From NCBI RefSeq assembly GCF_009914755.1, contig NC_060925.1: a DNA stretch of 64,000 nucleotides; one strand, 5' to 3'. The notes beneath the pieces were generated by a model that saw only the letters and a list, made by a program, of their open reading frames with translations, was not told the DNA's origin and did no database searches. Numbering within the stretch: position 1 is the first letter of the stretch; the number at the start of each line of letters is the position of its first letter. This DNA comes from the human T2T-CHM13v2.0 reference genome, Homo sapiens. Below are positions 28,385 through 41,579 of the stretch, one piece after another. The position numbers and the translations under genes are program-made.

Positions 28385-28768
28385 TGCTATGGTTTGAATG
28401 TGTCTCCCAAAGTTTATGTGTTGGAAACTTAATCCTCAATGTAGCAGTGTTGAGAAGTGAGACTTTAAGAGGTGGTGAGGTCCTGAGGATTCTGTTCTCA
28501 TGAATGGATTAATACCATTATTGCAGGAGTGAGTTTGTTTTTGAGGGAATAGGGCCCTATGAAGAATGAGTTTGGCCCCTTCTCTCATTCTCTTTTACTC
28601 ATGTGATATTTTCTGCAATGTTCTGAAGCAGCAAGAAGGCGCTCACCAGATGCATCCTCTTGATCTTGGACTTCCCAGCCTCCAGAACTGTGAGAAATAA
28701 ATTTCTGTTACTTATAAATTACCCAATCACAGGTATTCTGTTATAGCAGCACAGAATAGACTAAGACC
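28385..28768 (+). mobile_element. MSTD-like solo LTR
   Basis: tgctatggtttgaatgtgtctcccaaag...aataaatttctg...gactaagac; 5-bp TSD attgg at 28380-28384 and 28769-28773. Confidence 0.9.
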
Positions 28769-29039
28769 ATTGGAGAGTACTTTTTAAATTCCTTTTAAAT
28801 ATCCAAATTTACCATGGGAAAAGAGCAATAAGTGTAGTCTTATTGGGCATTCACACTTTAATTGGTGACATCATTAAATCTTTTTCTGAGATAGAGTATG
28901 TCTTTTGGAAATGCTAAGGAACATGGGAATGAAGGAGGAATAACATGTGCAGAAATAGTATACACCGGATATTAAAGATAAATTCAATTAGATAACAAAG
29001 AGTAGCATAGTTCTTTGTGTAAGGCTCTTTTTTAAATGT

Positions 29040-29190
29040 TCTGCAAATATTAACACATCCATTCCTCATAACAATCATATGAGGTAGATACTATTATTAT
29101 CATTCCCATATTACAGATGAGGAAAATGAAGCGTAGAGCAATTAAGAAACTTATCCAAGACTGCACAGCTGACTAGGCTGGAGTCTATCT
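29040..29190 (-). mobile_element. MIR
   Basis: ctcataacaatcatatgaggtagatactatt...cccatattacagatgaggaaaatgaagc. Confidence 0.8.
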
Positions 29191-32100
29191 TAGGCTAATT
29201 GAGAAGCTGCTGAGCATAATGGTTAACAAATGCCATTCCCAGCATATTCACTCATTCTGATGGTTAATCAGTCTTGGGCTTCTAAGCAATGTATAAGGGA
29301 TGATGCAGAGGACTATTTAAAAGAACCAATAGCATCTGCATAATTTAGAAGAGAATTGAGAGTGATAAAACTGTCAGTGCCCTCTCCTGTGGTGATTATG
29401 CAAGGCAGAGAAACTCAATTACATCCAATCAAATTTCCAACTCTAAATGTAGTACGGAGTTTTCATTAGTAGTAGTGAAGGCAGAAAAGTACACATTAGA
29501 TTTCTGAATATGAAATTAATGAGACACATAAAAATAAAAACTTAAGCAGAAAATTTTCAAGCCTGTGTTCTAATTACTTTCCTCATTGTGTTTAACATTG
29601 TATATTTCCAAATCATGTAACAAGTGATGGAATCTGTAGCTTTGTAATATGCTGAATGGCTTGGGAAGATCCCACCTGGAATCAATAGCGTTCTCAGATC
29701 ATTTATAAAGTAATTTAAACAGTGGTATTTAATCTAAACAGCCTATTACATTTAGTCTCATATATAAACACATTTAATTATTAAAGCATTGTAAAGTAAC
29801 TTATTATATGATAAATATGCAATCTCACATCAATTGGGAAAGAAGAAATTAGCCAATAGATGATTCTCGGACAATTAGCCTAAAGTGATCCAAGTAGGAT
29901 CTCTACCTAATTCTACACACCAAGATACAGCTTATATTTAACTACAGCTTTCCAAATGTCATCAAAGAACTTAGCATATGAAAACAATGGAGTTTGAACT
30001 GGTCCCCAGGACTCAACTCAGGGACATAGGTTATCCTATCACTTCTAATGTAGTGTCATAAAGCATCATTATGACCACTGGTCTTGAATGGTGGTAAATG
30101 ACCACTGCTGTCATATTAGAGAGCAAACAATGACACCTGAAATAATGTCATAACACAGTTATTTGGGCCTGTATAAAGATTAATTGTTGAAGAGTCTATA
30201 TTGGAAATTCTGGCAGTCAGCAGTCTACCCATATGAAGGATTAATTCATGAATTACTCTTTTATAGAATTCCAAATAAGTTCTGGACCCCTTACTAATTT
30301 GGTCGTTGCAATTGGTTTTGAAGGAAGTATGACTTCATTTTGACTTGAAGGCTTATATAATGATTTAGAGTGAACAGCTTAAAGATCAATTTGGAGTTAA
30401 ATTCAAGCTCCATCACTTATTAGCTGTATGTCCCTAAGTTTCCAAACTTTTAAAAATGTTTAAAAATTTGGGTCTCTATTTAAATAGATGTTCAGTCATT
30501 CTCTTGATAAATCTAAGTATTATCTTTAAAAAAATCAGTCTCCTTTCCTTTTTTCTTCTGACATTCACTAGGGGCAATAGAATTTCAATGTGGTTTTAAA
30601 AATATTATTATGTTTGAGAATAGAGGACAACATAACCCTGTTGATGACTGCATGAGAAATAGGCTATCTCTGTACCACCTTCATGCCCCATACAGACTCT
30701 ACCTTTCCTCCAATACTTGTCTTGTTGGGATGATATTGCTTTGTCCCAAGCAAGCATAAGCACTGCATCTTCCAACCATGCCTTTCGGTCTCTTATGTCA
30801 TATCCTTGCTTGTCAGCCAGTACTTAGATCCCTCCTTGTCCTTACCAGAAGCACTTCAGTTCTTCCCATAGTCTGACGTTTTGCTCCAGACCTTGATTTC
30901 TTTATCCCCTCAGTCCTCTTCCTTTCCTTGTACCATCAAGATTAATTATTTCACAGAATAATTAACAGTGGATTTATCAACTTCCCTTCAGGGCAAACAT
31001 TTTCATCATTTAGCCTAATGGCTAAATCACAAAATTTAGACCAACTTTAATATATTTGGGTACAAAAACTTAGTGTGGGTTTTTCAGCCTTATCCATAGT
31101 TACCTTGTTATGCTCAAATAATAACTTTCATTTGTTAACTAAATGTCAGATATGATGTTATATGTTCACATACATGATGCCTATCCTAATGAACACCCTG
31201 TTTGTGACTACTGTCCTCATTTTAAAAGTGGTGGAACTAAGGCTAAGAGTTTCAATAATTTGCCTAAGATTATATTTTTATTAATGTCAGGGTGAGAATT
31301 CAAACAAAGGTAAATTTTACTTGAAAATCTGTTACTTCTCCACTTAGAAAAATGCATTCTTATTTTTTCCCTCACTTAACTATAATACATGTTGGAATTT
31401 TTTAAGTATCAAGCACTTTTACGAGCTTTACTTAGCTCTAAGTAGGAATCAATTATTAATATTCTGTTTTGCATAAAGAGAAAGTAAAATGAAATAGCTA
31501 GGTTTATTTGACCAAATTGTTTTGATTATTTCTCTGATTTTATTGATTGCATGAACAAGATAAATAATAATCAAGTCTAGTTATAAGAAAACATGAATTT
31601 TCTTTACATTGATTAGATTAATGAAACCAAAACTCAAAGAAATCCACTTATAAAAAGAGCTTTAATCATAGAGAATGTTGAAAACTTGATCATCATTGGA
31701 TTAGAAAAAGTTTTCGAATACGACAATATCTAAATCATATTTGTCCCATGTATATTAAAGGGTCTTTCTTCTGCAATTATTAATGATAACTAACGTATTC
31801 TAAATATTGGTGTCAGTGATGTGTGCCTTTCTCTGAAATGTATAGAGAAAATGTTCTAACCATAGTGTATCCAGAATAAATTTGAAAATCTACAGTTTCA
31901 AATATATTTGATGTTTTATAGTATTTTTTTACATTTATTCTTACAATATATTCCTAATGAGAAATTTTAAAATCTTCTGACCTTTAAGACTGCTGAGTAC
32001 AGCAATATGAATGCCATTATATTTTAAATAATGTTTAAAGGATGGAACAAAGTTATATTTGTCACAGTTGAAAATATTCCAATGTAATCTCTTTTGATTT

Positions 32101-33847
32101 ATGAACCCAAAGTTCTCTGGAGAATTTTGTAAGTCAGAGTAATGCTATGAGTGTTCAAATTTGCTTTTAGATTTCTGATTCACATAAAGATTTGTAATGT
32201 CACAATTTGACAACATTTATTTTGACCTACCATCACAGAAGATATTCTGATTTGGTATGTGCTATTATAAATGTGAACACACTACTAAGTGGGCAATTTA
32301 TGTGATCTGTAAAGCAAGGGCAAATTCCAGTGTGAAAAGAGGAAAAGAGGATGTTTACAAATTATACCTTCATACTCTAACAACAGGATTTTGATCATGA
32401 AATGACCATTTTTAAGTTATCTTCAGATGAGCCTGAAATTTCATAGTAAATCCTCAACGTACTTTTAAATAAATTTTTAGAAAAGGTAGTTGATGCTTTT
32501 TCCATTGAAGACCCTGATAGGAAGGGTGCTAATCCCCAAAATGTACCCCCATCCAATTACTGGAGCCCAGTTTCATTATTTTATAGTAGAGAATAGATGG
32601 ATTTTTTAGATCTTCTCCTTTTTTTTTTGTTTTATATTCCAGCATGGTTAGAGCCCACAGACAACATTTATAAATATATTAATCTTTCTTGAGGTACCTG
32701 AGCATGATGAATGTGAAAGCATGTTCATAGCAAAGAAATATGTGCTGTACATGAGAAAATGTGAACAAACACCATCCAGATGTTCAGGAATAAGCTCTGA
32801 CCAAACCAATAGTTACTTGGGTGACTTCCTTGAGACATATTATCTTCAAAGGCAAGTAAAACCCATCAGAGAATAGGATAATACGCAAATAACATGCATG
32901 GCACCTGGACACCAGATTGGGAATGAAATCACTCTGATGACAGTGAAAGAAGATTTAACTTCAGTATGACTTTCCCAAAACTATAGGTGGAATTTTCTAT
33001 CCTACGTTCCACGTATAACTTTTGGTTATTTTAAAAAAATTTCCATAATGGTGTCAAAAGCCAAACCTTGATCTTATTTTTTTCTCATATTTAGTACTGT
33101 TTTCTTCAATAAAGAGATTTTTTGAACATAAGACTGTCCAGTGTTCTCCTTCTCACCTCATGGAAGTATGGAAGTAGGAGACAAAAAAGAAGTGTTATAT
33201 CTTAACAGATGAAAACCACTAGTGTTTTCCAGGGAGGGTTCGATCGATGGCCTCCTGCCCAGTACATCTCAGCTACAGAAGGTCTGAAACCTTCACACTG
33301 TTTCCTCCTTTAAATTAAAGCTTTGAAAGACCATGTTCAACTGTAAAGAATATTAATTCAGAAGTGACATTTAAAGCTACTGAAACATTAACACTTTTTA
33401 TAAAATTTGTCAGATTACCCCCTTAAAGGCCTTAAGTAAATGAAATGAGGATCGGAAAGCTTGAATGAAAAAGGAGACAGTTTATACTCACAGTCTCTTA
33501 TTATTTTAGATCTTTCACTTCCCTACTCTAAACTCATGGTTCAACAACTTCTGATTTTATCATTTTCTCAAACACACTCACCTTTTAAAAATGGGCCTCT
33601 AACTTCTTCTAGACCATCTGTCTTTTTATTCTGCTTGAATTTCTCCCAAAACACTCTCACAAACAGCCTCAACTCCTTTTGTCTCTAGCCCTTCCATACT
33701 AGCCAAATTAGACATTTTTAATTTATCCTCTGCACTCTCTGATACTTTATTTGGATGCCTCTAAATGTTTTGAGAACATCACCAAGACCTGTGGATGTAG
33801 TTATTTGTGGTTTCTAATATAAATTATAGTTAATTTGTGCTTTCTAA

Positions 33848-34192
<345 letters not shown>

Positions 34193-34299
34193 AATCCTCA
34201 TAACTTTTATGACTGGCTTCCTGTCCTAATGTTCACAGAGAATATTTCAACTTATAATCACTTTTCTCATCATCCTTACCTCAGTTGTTCTCACTTTCA

Positions 34300-34860
34300 G
34301 TGTATGTTCTTGTATTTCATAAAGGACCTCTTCAATCACCGTAATTTATTATACTTCACTTTAACCTTCAAACTTATCTACATCTGCTCCCGTCTTTACC
34401 TCCTTTCTTTCGTTTTCATGGAAAAGAGCCCTTCTTTTACTCCCTAAGAAAAATCTCTTTACTTACATTCTAGTTTATGTGCCTACCTGTATCCTCAGAG
34501 ATTTTTACTCCATGATTCACCTTGTCCTTCCTACATTTTAGAACTTTTTTTTTTAACCTCTAGGCTTCTCCTTTTGAGTGACTGAGTAGCTACCATCCAA
34601 ATACAGCCTGCCTAAAAGTCGATCAGCTCTAGTTATTAACAAATTCCTCTCTTTCACAATCAAGTACTTGTAAAGAGAGTCTATCTCACCATCTATATTT
34701 TTCAATGTCCATTTAAATGTATGGAAATTTGGCTTCTGCTCTTATTACTCCATTAAAATTGCTTTTTCAATCTCAGTAGTGACTTGCTCATGGATACTTC
34801 TTGGTTTTTATCTTACATGACCTCCTCAGGGCATTTGGCCTTATGATCATAATCTTCTCA
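34300..34860 (+). mobile_element. L2 fragment
   Basis: ttggcttctgctcttattactccattaaaattgcttttt...ttatcttacatgacctcctcagggcatttgg. Confidence 0.6.
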
Positions 34861-35056
34861 TTAAAGTAGATTTTGTTTTACTAGTTATTTGTGATTCCTC
34901 AGTTAATGCTCAACCATGCAACTAATAATGAGGAACTTGGTAGAAATGCTTGTCTTTTCTCTCCATTACACTGAAATCAGTGCACTGAACATTGCACTGA
35001 AATCAATGCAATCTCAAATATTGTTTGTTATACTCTGATCCTAAACCTTTCACATA

Positions 35057-37883
35057 AAGGCATACCTTGGAGATCTTGTGGGTTTAGTTCCAGACCACTG
35101 CAATAAAGCAAATATCACAATAAAGGAATCACTCAACTCTTTTTTTGTTTGTCAGTGCATATAAAGTTATGTTTACAATATACTGGAGTCTATTAAGTAT
35201 GCAATAAAATTATGTCTAAAACACAAGTTACATGTCTTAATGTAAAAATGCTTCATTGCTTTAAAATGCAAATCATCTAGCCTTCAGTGAGTCATGATCT
35301 CCTTGCTGGTGGAGTATCTTGCCTCAATGTTGTTGGCTGCTGATTGATCAGGGTAGTGGTTGCTAAAGGTTGGAGTGGCTGTGGCAATTTCTTAGAATAA
35401 GGTAACAAGGAAGTGTGCCACATCAGTGGACTCTCCTTTCATAAAATATTTTTCTATAGAAAAGCTGTTTGATAGCACTTTATCCACAGTATAGCTTCTT
35501 TTAAGATTAGCCTCAGTTTCCTCAAATCCTGCTACTCTTTATCAGCTAGGTTTGTATAATATTCTAAATTATTTGCTGTTATTTCAACAATGTTCACAGC
35601 ATTTTTACCAAGAGTAGGTTCCAACTCAAGAAACCACTTTTTCATCCATTAGAAACAAGTCCTTATCTGTTCAAATTTTATCATGAAGTTGCATCAATTC
35701 AGTCACATATTTAGACTCCACTTCTAATTCTAGTTTTCTTGCTATTTTCACCACATCTAAAGTTAATTCCTCCAGTCAAATCTTGAACCTCACAAAGTCA
35801 TCTGTAAGAGTTAAAATCAGATTCTTAAAAACTGCTGTTGATGGCAATATTTTGACCTCCTTTGATGAATCATGAATGTTCTTAATGCCACCTAGAATGG
35901 TGAATCCTTTCCAGAAAGTTATCAATTTTCTTTGCCCAGATTCCGCAGAGGAATCACTATTGATAAAAGAAAAACTTCAGCTGAATTAAATTTAAAGGAG
36001 TTTAATTGAGCAATGAATGATTCCTGAATCTGGAAGCCCCCAGAATCACAGTAGATTCAGAGACTCCAGCGCAGCCATGTGGTGGAAGAAGATTTATAGA
36101 CAACAACAACAACAACAACAACAACAAAGGGGTGGGGGCGGGAAATGACATACAGAAATTGGAAGTGAGGTACAGAATGGCTGGATTGGTTATAGCTCAA
36201 CGTATGCCTTATTTGAACACAGTTGGAACACTCAGCAGTGTATGAGTGCTTGAAGTATAGCCGCTGGGATTGGCCAAGACTTAGATATTGTTACAGGTGC
36301 ATACTAACTTAGGTTAGATTTTCAATTTTGTGTACTTATTAAGCTAGGTTATAGTTCATCCATAAAGACTCAAATATAGAAGTATAGAGTCCTCAGGCCA
36401 TATTTAGTTTGCTTTAACACTATATATAGCAGTTATAGATTTGCAAAATATATTTCTTACATAATAAGACTTGAAATTAAAAATTACTTTTTGACTCATG
36501 AGCTGTAGAATAGATGTTGTGTTACCAGGCATTAAAACAACAATAATCTCTTTGTATATCTGCATCAGAGCTTTGGATGACCAGGTGCATTGTCAGTTAA
36601 GAGTGATATTATAAAAGGAATCTTTTTTTTTATTTTATTTTAAGCAGGAGGTCTCAACAGTGGACATAAAATATTCAGTAAACCATGATATAAATGGATG
36701 TGCCATCATTCAGGCTTTGTAGTTCCATCTATAGAGCACAGGCAGAGTGGATTTAACATAATTCTTAAGAGCCCTAGGATTTAAAGATGGTAAATGAGCA
36801 TTAGCTTCAACCTAAAGTCACCAGCTACATTATCCCCTATCAAGAGTCAGGTTGTCCTTTGGAGCTTTGAATCCAGACATTGCCTTCTCCTCTCTAGCTA
36901 TGAAAGTTTTAGATGGCATCTTTTTCCAGTGTAACGCTGTTTCATCTACACTGAAAATCTGTTGTTCAGTGTAGCCACATTCATCAACAACCTTAGCCAA
37001 ATCTTCTGGATAACTTGCTATATCTCCTGCATCAGCGTTTGCAGCTTCACTTCGAATGTTTTTAAAGGAGATGACTTCTTAAACCTTATGAATTAACCTC
37101 TGCCAGCTTCTACTTTTTATTATATAGCTTCCTCACCTCTCCAGCATTCACAGAATTGAAGAGAGTTAGGGCCTTGCTCTGGATTGGGGATTACCTTAAG
37201 GGAATGTTGTGGCTGGTTTGATCTTCTTTCCAGACCATTAAACCTTTTTTCATGTCAGAAATAGGCTGTTTCGCTTTCTTATTATTTGTGCATTGACTGA
37301 AGTAGCACTTTCAATTTTCTCTAATAACTTTCCTTTCTATTCAAGACTTGGGTAACTGTTTGGCACAAGAAGCCTAGCATTCAGTCTAGTTTAGCTTTGG
37401 ATGTGGCTTCGCACTAAGCTTAATCATTTCTAGCTTGTAATTCAATACGAGAGACACATAACTCTTCCTTTTACTTGAACTTTGGAGGCTACTGTAGAGC
37501 TATTAGCTTAAGTTCAATTTTGTGTTTCAGGGTCTAGGGAGGCTCAAGGAGAGGGAGAGAGACAGTGAAACTGGCAGTTGGTGAAGCAGTCAGAAGACAC
37601 ATACCATTTATGAATTAAGTTCACTCACTGTCTTATATGGGTGCAATTGTTGGCTCTCTAAAATAATTATAATAGTAACATCAAAGATCACTGATTATGA
37701 ATTACTCTAAAAGATATAACAATAATGAAAAAGTTCAAATTATTTCAAGAGTTACCAAAATGTGACAGAGACACAAAGTGAGCACATGCTGTTAAAATAC
37801 AGGCTCTGAAACCTTCAGTTAGTGAAAAAGTCCATATCTATGAAGTGCAATAAAGTGAAGTACAATAAAATGAGGTATGCCTG
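35057..37883 (-). mobile_element. Tigger1 DNA transposon, near full length, decayed transposase
   Basis: Terminal inverted repeats (TIRs) (a)aggcatacct...aggtatgcctg with TA at both ends; ~2.37 kb after removing the LTR insert; no long ORF remains. Confidence 0.95.
35961..36419 (-). mobile_element. MER57 (A-type) ERV1 solo LTR nested in Tigger1
   Basis: tgataaaagaaaaacttcagc...ggattggccaagact...ggccatatttagtttgctttaaca; perfect 4-bp TSD ctat at 35957-35960 and 36420-36423; internal (CAA)n. Confidence 0.9.
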
Positions 37884-38093
37884 TACATCGCTGCCTGTTC
37901 ATCACCAATATTACTTTCTTAGATAAAACTATCACTGTCGTTTTTGTTAGCTTACTCAAATAGTCTATTAACTGTTCTTCTACTTAAAAAATAGAATCTG
38001 ACTTATATCATTCTACAAATGTGTGCTGATTTGTTTAAAAACACCAACCTAATCACGTTTATCTTTAATTTAAACCACTAATATTGTTTATGT

Positions 38094-38865
38094 AGTGGTT
38101 CCCAAATATTGGCCTGATGATCTTTTTGTAGTAGACACTGTTGATTTTCTGACCAACAGCAATATCTCATATCCTTATTTTAACAGAAATATGACTTTTT
38201 TTTTTTTTTTTTTTTTTTAGATATTGGGTGTCCATCTATTTCACTGAAGCTCAGGCTTCTCCTTAGTATTAAAGGATGGATATTGATTAGCAGTCATAGT
38301 TAAGTCTATTGCCCACAACATGAATGTTTTAAGAGTGACTATCAAATGCAATTTTGAACAGTGAAACATAAGGAAGTATCTGTTTGTTGGCAGAGGCATC
38401 TCTGTGATAGTTTTCCTTTCCCATAATAAGAGAAATTCAGGGATGAAAAGAGAATTCTTTTTCTTTGGGCACTGTGGTATGAACATATAATGCCTAGGGC
38501 TATTGAACTCATTTCAGCAGTAGCTGACACATTGTAACATGCAAAGCATAAACCAAAAATAATCTGAATCCTTCTTGACAGCATTGAGTCCCTAAATTAT
38601 TAAACAATGGAGCTATTCTATCTTGGAAATACTTAATATATGAGATAATACATTTCCCTTTAAAGCCACTTCTGTAAGTTTTTTGTTGCCTGTAGCCCAA
38701 AGCATCCTAACTGATAAAATTTGTATCAGAATTATCTGGAAGCTTATTAAAATTATGTACTCCAAGGTTATTCTGATTCAGTAAGTCTGGAGATTGGGCT
38801 CAGCAATTTACATATGAAAATTTGCCAGGAAATTTTTATGAGCAGGTATGGTTTGGGAACCATTA
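38094..38865. mobile_element. MER5A-like hAT MITE split by an MLT1 LTR
   Basis: Ends agtggttcccaaa / tttgggaaccatt and core ttctgattcagtaagtctggag. Confidence 0.6.
38127..38716 (+). mobile_element. Old MLT1 (J/K/L-type) LTR
   Basis: tgtagtagacactg start and tttaaagccact...tgttgcctgtagcccaaagcatcctaactgata end. Confidence 0.7.
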
Positions 38866-39984
38866 TAGAAAAAAACTTTTAATAGCTTTTTATGTGGCTA
38901 ATACTTTCTAAGATATGACCCTTTCAGATCTCCCAATCCTCTCTAACCTCATTTTTTGCTACTCTGTAAAATGCAAGTTAGGCTGAATTACTTGAAGTTC
39001 ACATTTAGCCTTTCCTCATCCTCTGTTTTTTTTTCTGGAATTTTTTTTTCTCTTTTCTCATTGGTAAACTTCTACATTTTTAAAAACTCACCTTGGCCCT
39101 TTTCTTCTTTATGATTTCTACACATAAATGCAGTTTATAACTGTTTTTGTGTTACCATTTTATCCAGAAACAATCTTTTTATTATTGTATGTAGATACCC
39201 ATAATCTAATTGTGTTTACTTACTGTATTTTCTATATTAGGTTCAGAGTTCCTTCAGAGACAAGGTGATGTTCTATTTTAATTTAACCTTATTTTAGTCC
39301 TAGTTAATTACATGGAGAAGTATTTGTTAAAAGTTTATGGGGTTGAATGAAAAAGAAAGAAACTGGAGCCCTTTCTACATGTGAAGGAATATGTCAGAAA
39401 ATGGTGGTGAAATGACAGTATCTTAACAAATCCTTGGCAACCAGAAAATAGCTGGAACATACAGTTACCCTTTGATTAACTCGTCTTCATAAAAAGTTAT
39501 TGATGGAAAATAATTTTTAGGTGAAACAAAATAAAGGGATACTATGATATATATCACATATGTATCATATTTAAATTCACTCTAGTAAAAAGTTATTTGG
39601 CTATGAAATTTTATAACTGAAATTAACAATGAGAATCTTTAAAAAATCATAGTTCTATGTCATCCATTTATGACCGTAGTATGCTGGACAAGTTATCCTG
39701 ACCAACTTTTTCTGCAAGAGACCTAAATTTATAGAAAAACTATAAAAATTCATTGTTAAGTACATCAGTGGGCTGCCAAGACTGTAAGAAATATGAATCC
39801 AGATAAATATTAAGTCAATTGAGGAATGTAGAGTAGTAAACAGAGCACCAAAGCCAGTTTAGCCTTGAATGCAGTTAACACATCTGATGAAACTGAACAT
39901 TGCTCTTCAAGATTCTCAGAGCTTACAGGAAAAGAAAGAAAGTAACATGCCCACTGAATGACAATACTCTAATAAGAGACCCTC

Positions 39985-40463
39985 GGTAATAAGCAGAATA
40001 ATGGCCCCACGCAAAGATATCTAAGTCTTAACTTCTGGAGCCTTTGAGTAAGTTATATTACATGATGAAAGGGAATTAAGGTTGCCAATTAATTGATCTT
40101 AGAGAAACATTCCTGGATCATTCAGGTGAACCCAATGTAATCACAAGGGTGCATAAAAGTAGAAGAAGGAGGCAGAGGAGTCAAGGTTAGAGTGATGTGC
40201 TATAAGGAAGACTATACCAGCTATTTCTGGCTTTGAAGATGGAAGGGGCCACATGCCAAGGAATCTGGGCAGCTGAAAAGGACAAGGAAATGAATTCTCC
40301 CCTAGAATCTCTATAAAGAAATCCAGCTCTTTGGATACTTTGATTCTAGTTAGATCAGATCCATTTTAAACTCTGGAACCACAGATGTAAGATAATAAAC
40401 ATATATTGTCTTAAGTACAAAATTTGGAGAAATTTGTTACAGTAGTCATGGGAAACTAATATA
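39985..40463 (+). mobile_element. MLT1D LTR
   Basis: gcagaataatggcccc...cccaatgtaatcacaaggg...ggctttgaagatggaaggggccac...ggaaactaatata. Confidence 0.88.
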
Positions 40464-40521
40464 CTCACTTTGACCTCAATGACAATTATAACATGAATAT
40501 AAAGGATCTTTTCAAAATAAG

Positions 40522-40897
40522 TGTCTCGGTCAGTTTGCAAGGCTGCTATAACAGAACACCACAGACGAGGTGGCTTAAACAACAAACATTTATTTCTCAA
40601 ATTCTGGAGACCTGGTGGTCCAAAATCAAGGTGCCAGCAGATTCAGTATCTGCTGAGGGCACTCTTCCTGTTTGCAGACAACTGTCTTGTTTTATCTTGA
40701 CATGGTAGAGAGCTGAGTGACAACAATTCTGTGTCTTTTTTCTTTTTTTTAAATAAGGGCTGTACTTCCATTCATAAGAGCTCTGCCCTTATGACTTAAA
40801 TACCACCAAATGTCCCCACATCCAAATACCATCATATCGGGGGTTAAGATTTCAACACATGAATTTTAGGGGGACAGAAACATTCAGTTTGTGACAG
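40522..40897 (-). mobile_element. MLT1A-type LTR
   Basis: gtgtctcggtcagtttgcaaggctgctataacagaacaccacagac...gggacagaaacattcagt. Confidence 0.88.
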
Positions 40898-41099
40898 TAA
40901 GCTCTTCCTTACCATCAGCTTACTGTCACCCTTAAGAACTAAGCGAGCCTACTTACTGGTGTGAATCAATGAATGAGAACAATAATTTCCCCATATATTT
41001 GGTACCAGCTCCACCACCCTCAATAAATAGATCATGCTACATGGGTAGCTGGTCCTAAAATCTTAAAACTAAAACGTTAATTTTAATTGGATGTGTTAC

Positions 41100-41579
41100 T
41101 GTGTGACAAAAGCAAATACATATTTCCTCTGGAAGAAACCACCTTAACACTAAATCTCAAAGAATCTCAAAGATAGAGTTTCAAGAAATATGGGCTCACT
41201 GTCAAATATCACAAAAATAAACAGCAAAACAGATAGCCATGCAAAGAAGCAAGCAGGAAAGCAGGCAGAAGAATGAGGCCCATAAAGTAGCATGATACAG
41301 GAATTGTAAGACATAATAATGAGTAGGTTAGAATATTACAAGAAATAGGTGAAAGCATTGAATCCTGAGGAATGAACAAGATGATATAAAATTAGCAGAC
41401 AGATTTGAAGAAAAACCAGTTGTTATTGTAGATGAAAAAAAGTAATTGAAAACTCAATGAGTTTGGTTAAGAGTACTTATGATACAATTTACGAACTGAA
41501 AAAGAGATTTAAAGAATGTATCCATTATTCAGCACAGAGAGATCATAGAATGAAAATATTAAAGAAATATTAAGAGAAA
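41100..41579 (+). mobile_element. Ancient L1M 5'/ORF1-like remnant (probably continuous with ~39670-39980)
   Basis: A-rich ORF1-like tract (gcaaatacatatttcctctggaag, gcagacagatttgaagaaaaacc, tatccattattcagcacagagaga). Confidence 0.55.

Noticed and set aside
35057-37883. Possible domesticated Tigger transposase
   Set aside because: No ORF of 60 aa or more in the track, and the element is interrupted by an LTR.
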